A stretch of DNA of 64,000 nucleotides from Massalongia carnosa (Eukaryota), in assembly GCA_965645245.1 (NCBI GenBank), contig OZ287085.1, positions 1,302,001 through 1,366,000 on the forward strand, written 5' to 3'. Within the stretch, counting starts at the first letter, position 1, and every line of letters begins with the position of its first letter. Below are positions 47,957 to 60,800 of this stretch, in pieces. A model generated the notes under the pieces. The model made no database searches. It was not told the DNA's origin and was given only the letters and a program-made list of their open reading frames with translations. The translations under genes and the position numbers were made by a program.

Positions 47957-48410
47957 GAAGATGGAGGACGCTTCATCATAAGGCCACCTAAATTGACCAC
48001 ATAGGCCACACAAAATCAGATTGGAAACCGGCGTTTAGGATATTATTACTCACCTGGCAACTTTGCAGTGGGAGTGTTGTAATGTGCAAAGTGTAGAAGT
48101 ATGAGGTTATTCATTTTTGTTATATTAATGATTCTATAACTCTGTCCTTCTAAAGTCTAAAATCATCCAAGTCCAGGATGCGTGCCGCATACCGGAATAG
48201 GTCTACTGTTACACGTGACCATAATAATGTCTAGCGCCATAGGTTGGAATCCAACACCCCCCCACAAGCTATGCGCTAGCTACGTAAGAATCGCCCACGC
48301 TAACGAATCGATTTTTATCTCGTTATTTTTTGGAAGAATCAGCAGCTGTTGGTTGCATCGGTTCATTGGTAGGTTGTGGCTCCAGGTAGTGTGGCTGTGC
48401 TGATTTGGCT

Positions 48411-51400
48411 CTAGGTCATCTGCATCTGTTCGACAAAGGTGTGGAACTTTGCGTGCGTTAGAGCCTTCGTCAGGCCGTTGGCGATCATCTCCCCAGTTGG
48501 CACGTAGGTCAACTCGATTCTCTTTGCCTCCACCTCGTCTCGGATGTAATGGTGCTGGATATCGATGTGTTTGGTCCTGGCATGGAATACTGGGTTGTGT
48601 GCCAGAGCAAGAGATCCTTGGTTGTCACCTTTGAGTGAAACAGTGGGGTCTCCGTCGCTGGGCTTGAGGCTGTTGAGGTCTCTGTTGATCGCTTGTACGC
48701 ACGAGTTCTTGTTGGAGACCTTGATCTCAGCATGCTGTTGGTCCGCTTCCAACACCCCAAGCTCTGTGAGGAGTAGACGAAGCCAGGTGGCTTCTTTGGC
48801 GGTCAGCGTGAGTGCGATGTATTCCGCTTCTGTGGAAGAGAGAGCAACTATTAATTGCCTTTTAGAGCACCAGCTTATCGGTCCCCCGTTCAGCATAAAG
48901 ATGAAACCGGATGTTGACTTCCGGCTGTCCTTGTCACCTGCTCAATCCGAGTCCGAATAGCCTTCGATTTTCAGTTCTTCATCCCCCCCATAGGTTACGC
49001 CTCGATGTTTCGAGCCCTTGAGGTATTTGAGGATGGTTTTGACTGCTTCGGTGTGCTGATGGCTCGGGTTCTTGGCAAAGCGACTTACGAGGGACGTGGC
49101 GAAGGCAATATCTGGTCTGGTCTCTACCATGGAGAACATTATGGACCCCGTCATTCCTTGGTATCTCTCCTTCTCTGGTGGTGAGGCTTCTCCTTCCTCG
49201 CGTTGGGAGAGTGGCACAGATTCTTTCATCGGGGTGTTGACGGGGTTGGCTTTGTCAAGATGGAATCTCTCCCACACTTTTTCGATGTAGGCCGGTTGAG
49301 ACAGTTTGATGGTTCGTTGCTTTCGATCCCGATCTATTCTCAATCCTAGGTAAAAGCTGATGGGACCCATATCTGACATAGAGAATGCAGCTGTGAGTTC
49401 TGCTTTGACTCGCTTGATTATCCCACTGTCCTTTGGCGCCAATCTTGATGTCATCTACGAAGACGCTGAGTATGGGGCCTTTCAGCCCTGCACCCGATAC
49501 GAATATACTGTGGTCTGCGTGGATGCGTTTCAAGCCTAATTTCTTGAGGAGGAAGGCTAAAAAGCGTTCGTACCAGAGGCGGGGAGATTGTTTGAGGCCG
49601 TAGATAGCTTTCAACAGTTTGCAAACCATATTCTTTGTGGCTTCTGTCTCAGTTCCCTTTGGAATCTCCATATATATCAGTTGATCAATGAGGCCATAGA
49701 GAAAAGCCGTTTTTACGTCCATCTGGTCGATGTCCAGGTCGAAGAAGGCGGCAAGGGCGAACAGGGTTCTGAAGGCCATTGACTTCACCACGGATGCGTA
49801 GGTTTGATCGAAATCAACACCAAACTGTTATAGGTACCTTTTGATAACCCATCTGGCTTTGAATCTAGATACCTTGCCTTCGACATCACGTTTGACCTTG
49901 TACACCCACTTCCCCCCCAGAGGTCGATGACCTGACTCCATCTCGTTCTTTGGTATGAGAACCCAGGTCTTGTTTTCGTGTAGAGAGTCTATTTCTTCTT
50001 TCATTGCCTGTGCCCACTGCGAGGCGTGGGGGCATTGCATTGCCCTGTTGTATGACTCAGGTTCTTCGACATCTAATTGGGTGGCAAGGACGTAGTCTCC
50101 ATTACTTTGGGCGTTGGCCTGAATGAGCCTCTAAGTTAAGATTCTGTATGGGTCGTCGTCTGCGTCATGACCGTCCTCCTCGCATTCGATGTTTGTCAGG
50201 AACGCGTTTGCTTTTTCCTCCGAGTTGTGTTCCCAGTCAAGGTCTAGCAGCTTGCTGAGATGTACTATCAGATCTTGATCTTGAGCCTTTTGTGTAGGCC
50301 TAATCATTCGGCCAGACCGAGACTTCCTTGTCTCCGTAGTTTCATTTGACGCTCCAGTAGTTTCATCTCTAGTAGTGACCTTTCGGCCCTTCCTAGGGGT
50401 TACTTTGCTGGGAGTTGACTCGCTTGCACCTGTTGCATTGTTGACCTTTCGGCCTACATCCAACATCTGTGTGTCGCTCGTCGCCTCGTCATCGTCATCG
50501 GAGAGTAAGAAACCTGAGAAGGTGGGAGTGTTTTTGTATTCAGGAAGCTCGGTGGACGTCTTGGCCTCGTAGTCTTCAAAGATTCTGAGATCTTTGATGC
50601 GAATGTCTTTGTTCTGTTCTCGGATGTGGACTCTGTAGATTGTGTGACCATCGTATCCAACAAGAGTACCGCGTAAGGCTCGTGGGTTCCACTTCTCAGA
50701 CTTTAAGGCTCGTTCCTCTTCGTGTAGGAGAACGTACACTGTCGAGCCTAACACTCGGAGGTGTTGGATATCTGGGTGGATTTTCTACTGTGCATGGTAG
50801 GGGTTGTCTCCACCTAAAGCCTTCGTGTGGCGAACGTTTTTGACGTACGTCATCGCAAGAACAATTTCAGGCCACAGCTCGTCATCAAGGCTTCCCTCTA
50901 GGATTGTCGCTCTTGTCATATCCATGATGGTTCTTCCCATTCGTTCTGACACGCCGTTTTGTTCCTGAGAGTACGGTGCTGAGGGTTCAAAAGTGATGCC
51001 CTTCTTCGCAAACCATTCCTCTACCCTTTTGCTCTGCAGTTCTGATCCATAGTCTGAACGTAGGCGTTCGACTAGTCTCCCCTTGTGTGACCTGGTTTTG
51101 CAGAGGTTGTAGAAGGTCTTGAGACATTTGAACCAATCGCTTTTCCGGGCACCAGTGTACACTTCGGTATATCGCGTGAAGTCATCCGTAAATGTGAAGA
51201 AGTATCTCTCTCCTCCAAAACCAACAGGGTTGATGGGACCTACTAGGTCTGTGTGTATAAACTGGTACGCCTCGCTTGCTCGTTTCTGAGGCTCGTGGCG
51301 GTTGTAGATTTTTGTGGCTTTCGCACGTTGGCAGCTGTCACACACGTACTTTTCTGAGTCGTCCACGTAGTCGATCTCGAGTTTGTGGAGATGTTGCTTC

Positions 51401-52896
51401 AGTGAGGGGAAGTTGAGGTGGCCGAGTCGTTTGTGCCAGGTGGTGAGAGGGAGTTTTGATGAGGTGGTGGTCCTGTAGGCGTGTGGTGGCCACTCGAACG
51501 TATTGTCGTCGATCTGCTTTAGATGAGTTGCAGAGACAGAGAGGTTGAGAGGGTGAAGAAGGAAGCTGGTCCTCCACCTTTCGGCGTAAGCCAGAGTTTC
51601 CTTTGTTCTTCTATCATAGAGTGTCTCGTTCTCATTATCATAGAAAATTCCATGAATGTTGAGAAGGCCGAGGCTGACAAGATTAGAAGGACTGTGGGGA
51701 AGGAAAAACACGTTGTTCAGGTTCAGGATCACTCCTTCGCGACCGTCTTTCAGGCTGAGGCGAAGGCGCACCTTTCCACGGCCTGGTGAAACCCCATCTG
51801 CAGTTGAGCCTCCGATCTGGGTAGGCTTTTCGTGGTACTCAGTCATCAAGCTTCGATCATTGCACACGTGCACGTCCGCCGCGCTGTCAACCAGCCAGGA
51901 AGCGTCTCTCGGCCCTTTGACCGCTAGCACCTTTGGTTGTCAACTTTCGCGGGACGGGGTCTCGGAAGGGCTCTCTGTCTGGCTTTGGAGGTTTTGCCTA
52001 GAGCCTTTTGTTCTCATCTGGTGCAGCGAGTGTTTTGGCCGAAGTTCGGGGTATCTCAGGAAACAACGGTCTGTGTAGTGCTGTGTATTTCCCTTCTTGA
52101 TGCAATCTGGGTTTGTGCAGGTCCCCGGGGGTGCTCGATTACTAGGCTTTGGTGGTTTGGAGGTGAAGAGTGCCGATTGTTTGGGTGTGCCGGATTGTCC
52201 TGGAGTTTGGTCGTTCTCTTTCCTGATTTCTGCAAACCGGATAAGCTTTTTAGTGCTCTCGGCGATGTTTGTGTTCCCCATTTTCCACTCTGTCTCCATC
52301 ATGGAGACGATCCCCGAGTATTCGTTTCCCATTCCAGTGAGCAGTCCTGCCTGCAGGAGTACCTCGGCTCCTTTTGCGGGAATCTCGGAATCAGTGGGAA
52401 TGAGGCCGCACACAGTGTCGTAGGCCTCTTGGTATTTGCTGCAATATTCGTGAATGTCTGTGCAGTCCGATAGTCGTAATTTGGTGGTCTCCAGGATGAG
52501 TCGCGAGATGCTCATTGGAGAGATGTGCTGAAATTTCGTTTGTAGGGTTTCCCACATTTCCTTGGCTTCTTTGCCCTCGATAGCTGCTTAGTGTTTGGAG
52601 GCTACCGAGTTTTTGATGATGCCCTCCGCTTTGCTCAGGGAGGCTCGGTGCTCTTTAATTTCGGTGGAGAGGGCAGTCCAGAGTGCTTGGGCCGTCATTT
52701 CGGTGGGTTTGAAGCCCATGGCTATGATGTCCGATCTGACGGACTCCTTCGTTGGCTCTGGCTTTCCGGTGACTGCCCAGGCGCAGTTCTTCTGCTTGAG
52801 CTCTCCCAGAATGTAGGATCGCCATAATGTATAGTTCTCGGAGCCTTGGAGAATGATGCGGGAAGCCTTCTCCTGCTCTTCTCGTCGGTCTGACAT
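48411..52896 (-). pseudogene. Copia gag/pol with multiple nonsense codons and a frameshift
   Basis: WLVDSAADVH, IHTDLVGP, RSDYGSE, FKARWV, YGLKQSPR, FVDDI, SSTEAEY; stops at 52588, 51940, 50785, 50131, 49828, 48942; frameshift ~49445. Confidence 0.92.
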
Positions 52897-52969
52897 TTTG
52901 TGGTTTTTTGGGCGAAGAGTTCTCAACGACTTTGGGTTGTAGGAAGGTGGGTTGCCTTGTAACTGTTGT

Positions 52970-53460
52970 GGTATGCGAGCGTCTTCGCTTCGTAACCTTT
53001 GGTATATGAGCAAGTTCTCCGCCTCGTAGCCTTCGGTATGTGAGCGTTCTGCTTTGTATGAGCGTCTTCGCCTCGTAGCCGTCTGGTATGTGAGCGTCTT
53101 CGCTTCGTAACCTTTGGTATATGAGCAAGTTCTGCCTCGTAGCCTTCGGTATGTGAGCGTTCTGCTTCGTATGAGCGTCTTCGCCTCGTAGCCGTCTGGT
53201 ATGTGAGCGTCTTCGCTTCGTAACCTTTGGTATATGAGCAAGTTCTCCGCCTCGTAGCCTTCGGTATGTGAGCGTTCTGCTTCGTATGAGCGTCTTCGCC
53301 TCGTAGCCGTCTGGTATGTGAGCGTTTGCCTCGTAGCCTTTGGTATATGAGCGTTCTGCTTCGTATGAGCGTCTTCGCCTCGTAGCCGTCTGGTATGTGA
53401 GCGTTTGCCTCGTAGCCTTTGGTATATGAGCGTTCTACTTCGTATCCTTTCAGTATGTGG
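52970..53460. repeat. Modular tandem array in copia 5' leader (~113-115 bp higher-order unit, ~3 copies plus partial modules)
   Basis: GAGCGTCTTCGCTTCGTAACCTTTGGTATATGAGC recurs at ~52977, 53092, 53205, built from ~30-bp submodules. Confidence 0.9.
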
Positions 53461-54249
53461 GCGTAGCACTCTTCCTATCTATTGTGGTAGGTGGTCAGGC
53501 GCATTGACTTGATTCCACACCGCCATTTCAGAATTGGCTCCTTTTGGTAGCCAAGTGGGGTCGGATGCTACCTCATAGTAGCATTCTTAACCCTCCTGCC
53601 TCACACCGTCCCTCCTTTTCGGGTAGGAAGTTCTTCGTTCTAGGTGCTTTGCTCTGGGGGGTGTGGGGTATTTGTGGCCTGTCGCTAGCGAAGAGTAATG
53701 AGCTTATGCGCTGGCCGGGCTCATAACCTGTAGAAGTATGAGGTTATTCATTTTTGTTATATTAATGATTCTATAACTCTGTCCTTCTAAAGTCTAAAAT
53801 CATCCAAGTCCAGGATGCGTGCCGCATACCGGAATAGGTCTACTGTTACACGTGACCATAATAATGTCTAGCGCCATAGGTTGGAATCCAACACAAAGTC
53901 ACCCGGCTGATGCCTAGTAAAGTGTTCAGAGTCACATAGTACCGCATTGGGATTAGTGCGTTGGTAAGAACATTAGGCAACACATAACGACCTCGAGAAG
54001 CACCGCAAAACTTCTATGAACATTCCCATCGAGTCATAAATTGGATATGAGTCAATCACCAATCTTAGATTTCTAGGAAGCAGGAAGGTGAGTCATAGGG
54101 AGAACGGTTTTCGGCATGTTTTTCTATCTATATAAACACGGTCCTTAGATAGGTAGATAGAAATATCAATCGTTTCAAAAGTGAGCTTTTTACTATGCCA
54201 GCAGAGCTTCAATTACAATAGGATCTACTAACTAGGCCTAATGCGGCTT

Positions 54250-54420
54250 CTACGCTTTCCTAGTTCGTTGAACTCGCAAGTGTTCATTGTTCTCTACTAG
54301 TCCTATCATACTCTCAACCGTTAGATCTTGACTGACTGTTCGTGTTTTCCATGTGCAGCTGTCTGATGAAAGAGAAGAATTTCACATGGGTCAATGGCTT
54401 AGTCAGACCGTCCACCGAGA
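54250..54420 (-). mobile_element. Small remnant of another copia 3' end (RNase H tail)
   Basis: VDGLTKPLTHVKFFSFIRQL* on minus strand. Confidence 0.55.
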
Positions 54421-54626
54421 TGCTTAGGGACAGTCCCCTCCCGACCGTCCCCCCCCCACCCCCTGTGTAAATCTTTACTAGTAAACAGCCATTTTACTAC
54501 TCATCCAGGGTGCGTACAAGCTAGCAGTTACACTACGTATTAATAATGTTGCTGTTACTGTCTAAGTGTATTCAGCACCTACAAATCTACCTATTGGGAT
54601 GACTTCAACTCCAAAAACTCGTCAGA

Positions 54627-57500
54627 TCATTGCGATACATCATCTTTTCTCATCGCCGTTTCCTTTCTCGCTTGAGCCCTAGCCTGTTTGACTGATTTCT
54701 CGACTCTTTGCTGAGATTCCAACTCCAACTGAGCCTTTGATTTCTTCGCCATACCCCGAGACCTTCGCGTTGTTGCAGAGGAAGTAGGAAGAATTTGACT
54801 GGCGCGCACGTTTTGGCTAAGATTATAAAGAGATGAAGGCGGCACTGCCTGAGGTAGGGCTTTTGACTATGCTTGGCAAGCACATCGTCAATATCTTCGA
54901 GCGAATCCGACGAGGCTTCTGATGTAAGAATAACATCATTATCGTCATCCGAAGGAAGCATATGACCTATAGAACGACCGAGAATGGGCTGAGTGCTTAT
55001 ATACTGCACCTTGTCATCGTCGTCGGAGACGATAGGCGCGTTTTCGACTCTCTTCATAACTAAGTTTTCTCCTAAACCTATTGTACCCAATATTAGCCGA
55101 CCCGGGCGCAATAACTTTGCAACATCGTGAGTTTTACCTTCCGTTTCACCTTCAACCTCATCGTCGCCCCCAGCACGCAATCTATTATATCTAAGCCTCC
55201 TCCTTTGTTCAATAGAGTCCTTTCGCCTAGTACGTCGCTGTTCAATTTCTCTAGCCTCAGCTGCCTCGCGATCAGTGTAGACACGTCGATGATTCCCTCC
55301 TTTCTTATACATGAGGTTTTCTTTGGGCCGAATTTCGTCGGGGAATGGAATGGGGATGAGAGGTCTTATCGGCTCCTTCTTTTGCCATTTCTTATTGAAC
55401 TTTTCAACGATGTGAGCATGCTCGCGAGCCTACTCCTCCCTTCGATGAGAATCTTCTATTGATTGATGCAGGTCAATAGATTGATATGCCACAGAATGTA
55501 GCAAATCAAGGCCCCCGCGGCGAAATCTATCCTCACCCAACACGCCTTCTTCGAGCTCGACCTCATCCTTATCCGCCTCAATCTCTCTCGTCCCTTCGAC
55601 CTCATCGACGATCTTTTCGATCTCGGGCTCCGAGCCGCGAGCGAGATCGAAGATCATTTGTCAAGAGACCGCATAAGGTGAGCCATCAAAAAACCAGCGG
55701 GGTGAATGAGGAAAACGAGAATAAAGACCGAGTCGATGATGCATTTATACAATCAGCATTTGCATGAGAGATCGTAGCTTAGAGGCAATTCACAATCATA
55801 AACACAGCTTCCATCATCAGAGACAATAGAAAGGATTCGTTCAGCTAATGATTTGGCGGCATCGAGTTATCTTGAAACGAGGCCAATGGCATGATGCGTA
55901 ATTTCCCAATGAGTAGCGTAAAAGCATTTCTATCGATCAATCTAGGATTGCGTATTCGCTGTTGATTGCACAAAATCTCCTGATCTAATTGTTTTTTCCG
56001 TACCTCATCACATATTTTCTGCACCGATTGTCTTATAGGAGTATTTCTATTGGTCACATTTTTTAACCAATGAATGTAGACCTTCTGAACGCCGTGTGCT
56101 TTGTGCGCCTAAATTAGGGAGTTTAGTAGTATATGCATGCACGAATTGAATTTCTTGACGTTGATAAAAATTCATGAGATAATCCTGCGAAAGAGGTAGC
56201 GTTAGCAGTAGCCCTAACTCGCTTGAAATTTAATTTGATATATCACTACTAACCTTTTCTGCGGAATGAAGTTCATTCAGCAACTTTCTTCGTCTCTCAT
56301 CCAACTCATCAATAGTAGGGGATTTTATATAATCCCAAATCAGAGTCTCCAGCTTTTTGCGCACTTCTTGGGGATATTTTCCTGCCTTGATCGGTCGTTT
56401 TTTTATTGCCTCGGCCGCATGCCACGTGCACAGCTGCAAAACGCATCTCCTCTCGCCCGCTTTCATCGTTGATTAATTTAGATTTTCGGCGACCTCTCTT
56501 GCAATGGTCAATGCAGCATCGAGATCAATTGCCGAAGCTTTAGCTTTTCTTTGCATGGCTATAGTCAACCCAGCTGCAAAATCCCCGAGAAACACCCCAG
56601 GCCCGGGGCAATCATCATGAAAAATCAACTCTTTCATACATTCGAATATAAAAGTGAAACATTCGGCCGATTCGGAAGTTAATAGCAATAAGCGACGGCA
56701 AACGAAAGGTCGGTGTTATTGATTCCAACCATAGTATTGAACGTTGCATCCGTTTCTAATAGAAACCCACCCACGAAACGTCCAGCCAGCCTAATTTGCT
56801 CCGCATTGCAAAAAAAAAAAATTCTATCACCCGTCTCTCACGCACATTATTCTTAACGATATATTTTTCCTTACACCGTACATGAAAGCCCCTGTCTTTC
56901 AACGAGCCCAAGGCAAAAAGAAGCTCTTCTTCAGGCGTGTGAGCTCCCTCCGAATGAACGAGATTATAATAATCGCTCCTCGACAGACGGAGTCCTTGGA
57001 TTCCTAATATTCTCGCTGCTTGACCATATTGGGTTGATGATGCACGGAGACTATTCCCTTGATCTAGGGCATCTGTTCGATCAGGGTCCCTACTATGATG
57101 TGTTAGAATGTACAAATCAGGCTACTTCATTTCAGCCGCACTTCACCTTCTACCGCACGAGTATGGCGCACGCTAATGGCTAGACGTATCGCTAGTCTAA
57201 TACTAGGATACCGTACATTGTCTATAAATCTAGCTATTCCCACCATATAGAACAAAAGCAAGCATTCTATCTTCTATCTACTATACTACCTTTTGATATG
57301 ATTTTCTCTGAATGCAAAGGGATCAGTGGCCATCTCATGATTGTGCTCGAAGTTAGTAACTATTAGTCTCCATGCATTTTTTTTGAAATTTTTTTTTTTT
57401 GATACGGAGGCGATAAGGGCACTCATTGAACGAAACTTTGGTATTGGCTCGCACCCGGTCTTCCTCCTCTACTTTTCTAATGTTTCTAACTCATTTGTGG
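54627..57500 (-). pseudogene. Degenerate Mutator-like (MULE) transposase
   Basis: HNHEMATDPF, LETDATFNT, ESAECFTFIF..VFLGDFAAGL, LQLCTWHAAEAIKK, SWIM-like C..ELPL..CKC; many frameshifts and stops. Confidence 0.8.
57101..57298. mobile_element. Probable solo LTR (198 bp) inside the MULE transposase
   Basis: Starts TGTTAG, ends TTGATA; flanks TGATG/TGATT (4 of 5 match); removing it restores DPFAFREHHSRDPDR. Confidence 0.6.
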
Positions 57501-57899
57501 TGGCGTGTGCAGTCTAATACGATTAAATGATTTTTCTTATCGTGAGTTTCCGTGACCAACGCGAAGCCTTGTGTGAAAGCATGATCTTGAAGACGAGTCT
57601 TTGCCTCCTTCCAAGACGAAAATAACTCATTCTCTTGCGGAGGGAGGAGGTGAGGTGGGGGTTAGAAGGGCAATGGCATGTTGCTTCCGTGCATCCAAAG
57701 AAGTGGGATCGAACTCCATCGAGTAGGGAGAGAAATGACGTGTACTCATTATATTTCGAAATAAGATCTTTACCCACACATGATAGTCGTACAACTCTAC
57801 TTTTACGATGCAGGTCATCTTGATGCATACATAGAGCCGCCTATCAGCCTTATATTTAACGCTGTGCTTATAATTTATTGCCGGAGGGATAAACCGAAG

Positions 57900-60800
57900 T
57901 CATCTCTTGTCAGAAACTCGTTTCAAGTGTAACCATGATTTCAAAGTATTAACAACCCCAAGTGTGTGAGGATGGCTGGCCCCGATCTTTTGGGTACGTA
58001 GATTAACAACACTTTTCATTAATTCAATAGCTTCATCGTGACGGCCCTCAAGCTTATAGGTGTGTGCCAGGTTAGCCATGCTGGTCAGCGTGCCTGGATG
58101 CTCCTCTCCCAGCACCCTCGTCCTCGTCCTCATCACTTGCACCTCCAGCTCCTCGGCCTCTTTCCATCGTCCTTGATTCCTGTATGTCGATGCTAGGTTG
58201 TCCATGCTGGTCAGCGTGTCTGGATGCTCCTCTCCCAGCACCCTCGTGCTCGTCCTCATCACTTGCACGTCCAGCTCCTCGGCCTCTTTCCATCGTCCTT
58301 GATCCCAAAATGTCGATGCCAGGTTGGCCATGCTGGTCAGCGTGTCTGGATGCTCCTCTCCCAGCACCCTCGTCCTCGTCCTCGTCCTCATCACTTGCAC
58401 CTGCAGCTCCTCGGCCTCTTTCCATCGTCCTTGATTCCAAAATGTCGATGCCAGGTTGGAATGCTGGTCAGCGTGTCTGGATGCTCCTCTCCCAGCACCC
58501 TCGTGCTCGTCCTCATCACTTGCACCTGCAGCTCCTCGGCCTCTTTCCATCGTCCTTGATTCCAAAATGTCGATGCCAGGTTGTCCATGCTGGTCAGCGT
58601 GTCTGGATGCTCCTCTCCCAGCACCCTCGTCCTCGTCCTCATCACTTGCACCTGCAGCTCCTCGGCCTCTTTCCATCGTCCTTGATTCCAAAATGTCGAT
58701 GCCAGGTTGGACATGCTGGTCAGCGTGTCTGGATGCTCCTCTCCCAGCACCCTCGTGCTCGTCCTCATCACTTGCACCTGCAGCTCCTCGGCCTCTTTCC
58801 ATCGTCCTTGATTCCAAAATGTCGATGCCAGGTTGGCCATGCTGGTCAGCGTGTCTGGATGCTCCTCTCCCAGCACCCTCGTCCTCGTCCTCATCACTTG
58901 CACCTCCAGCTCCTCGGCCTCTTTCCATCGTCCTTGATTCCTGTATGTCGATGCCAGGTTGGCCATACTGGTCAGCGTGTCTGGATGCTCCTCTCCCAGC
59001 ACCCTCGTCCTCGTCCTCATCACTTGCACCTCCAGCTCCTCGGCCTCTTTCCATCGTCCTTGATTCCTGTATGTCGATGCCAGGTTGGCCATGCTGGTCA
59101 GCGTGTCTGGATGCTCCTCTTCCAGCACCCTCGTGCTCGTCCTCATCACTTGCACCTGCAGCTCCTCGGCCTCTTTCCATCGTCCTTGATTCCTGTATGT
59201 CGATGCTAGTAAGCCAAGACTGTTAAGTGTGTTTCTATTTTCTATATCCAGTAATTCTTTCCTAATCTTTATAGCTTCTTGAATCCTAATCTCTGCTATT
59301 GCATATTTGCCTTGAGCCAAAGCATACCACGCGCTATTATGAAGAATCCCTGCTTGTTGGAGTCGGCAATGCTGAGAAAGGTACTTGTATTTCAGAATAA
59401 TCTCTGCATGGGGTCCAAGAGCTTCACAAATCTTCCAATTGCTATGTTCTCCATTTGGAAACTGGTCTGCCAGTAAATTGAGCACCCCCTCCTTTTGTTT
59501 TTCCATCTGCTCATGCATTTCGAGCCACTTTCTAGTCGCAAGCTGTACAAGCCGATGCATCTCAAAACTATTCTTTTCTTTTTCCTCGACTATAAGTGAG
59601 AATTCAATTAGCGTTCCAATCGAATCTTCGAAGTCTATCGACGACCCGCTGTTGCTTTGATAAAAGAGAAATCCAGGAATGCCTTGTCGATCAAGCAAGC
59701 ACATACAAGACAGAAGATCAGCTGCCGCTGTATTCTGGTCTTTGATCTGATCAAATGAAATCTGCCATGTTGTCACAACAGAATTAGGAACGTCGGGATC
59801 CCTTCGTAGATCTCCACCATCTTTACTCAAGAGAGATATTTGATTGGATTCATTATGGCGGAAAAGTTCTAGATAACCAGAGATTGTCATTCTTGGAGCC
59901 TTGATAGCAATGTAAGCGGACGCTTGAGTAATAGCGAGCGGTATATATTCAAGAACTTTAATCAACTCGCTCTTATCTCTTTGATTGGATTGATCGTTGG
60001 GTAATTTCTTTGCAAGTAACGTATTGGTATCTTCTTCTCCCATTGCACTAATTCTAAAGACACGATTATCATTGCCTGCAAGACGAATTGCTGTATTTTT
60101 ATCTCTTGATGTTATTAAGATCAAGCTCTTTGCGTTGGAAGACAGATAACGTGACAAAGATGATATCTCTCCACCTTCTCGAGGCACCTGAGCGGTACTT
60201 GGATTAAAAAAAATGCTTGTATCGTCGGCATTATCGAGAATCATCAACCAGTCTCCGCTATCATCAGACCCCAGCCACCGGGAGACTAAACCTAATATAT
60301 CGATTTTGGGATCCTCAGCTCCTGATAACTTGGCTGTAATTGCAATCTCACGATAACTTTGTTCAAAACGAGCAGCATTACTAGCGTGCACCCATAACAG
60401 CGAAACTGAAGGAGTTCTTAGCCTTAGTCGATATGCATACTCAATCGCGATTTGCGACTTCCTACTCGAGATTAGAGAATCGCAAAATATTCGAGGTCAA
60501 TTATTTAATACCCAATACCACCCAAGCCAACTAGAGCTACTCGACGGGTAAATCGCGATTTCGAAAAGCTCTCATCGATCATTTTGATTATATCTTCACG
60601 TCCAACAAAGTCTTCATCTCGTTCGAACGGCATCACCGTTGTGAATCGTATCTTCACCGATCCTTGACGCTTGAAGTCAGTCATACCAGATAACAAAGAC
60701 TTTGCGGGTCATCGCTTATACCGTCATAATTTCGACGAACCGTTGAGGAGGCATCCATGGCCATTCCTTCAATTACCTTACGAACATTTTGAAAATTGGG

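Larger units (their letters stand above)
48092..53893 (-). mobile_element. Nested Ty1/copia element, coding-defective (LTRs 48092-48256 and 53729-53893)
   Basis: 165-bp LTRs identical by eye; TSD CAAAG (48087-48091, 53894-53898); PBS 53717-53728; G-run PPT at ~48257-48265. Confidence 0.96.
43208..54220 (+). mobile_element. Intact Ty1/copia element (5' LTR 43208-43546; 3' LTR split 48075-48091 and 53899-54220 by a nested copia)
   Basis: 339-bp LTRs identical by eye; TSD GGATC (43203-43207, 54221-54225); PBS 43547-43558; PPT GCAGTGGGAG; LTRs end in TA rather than CA. Confidence 0.96.

Noticed and set aside
57900..59226. Long alternative-frame and antisense ORFs over the TPR array (426, 341, 256 aa)
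   Set aside because: Shadows of a stop-free 126-bp repeat; only the tail of the 426-aa ORF is the true post-frameshift TPR frame
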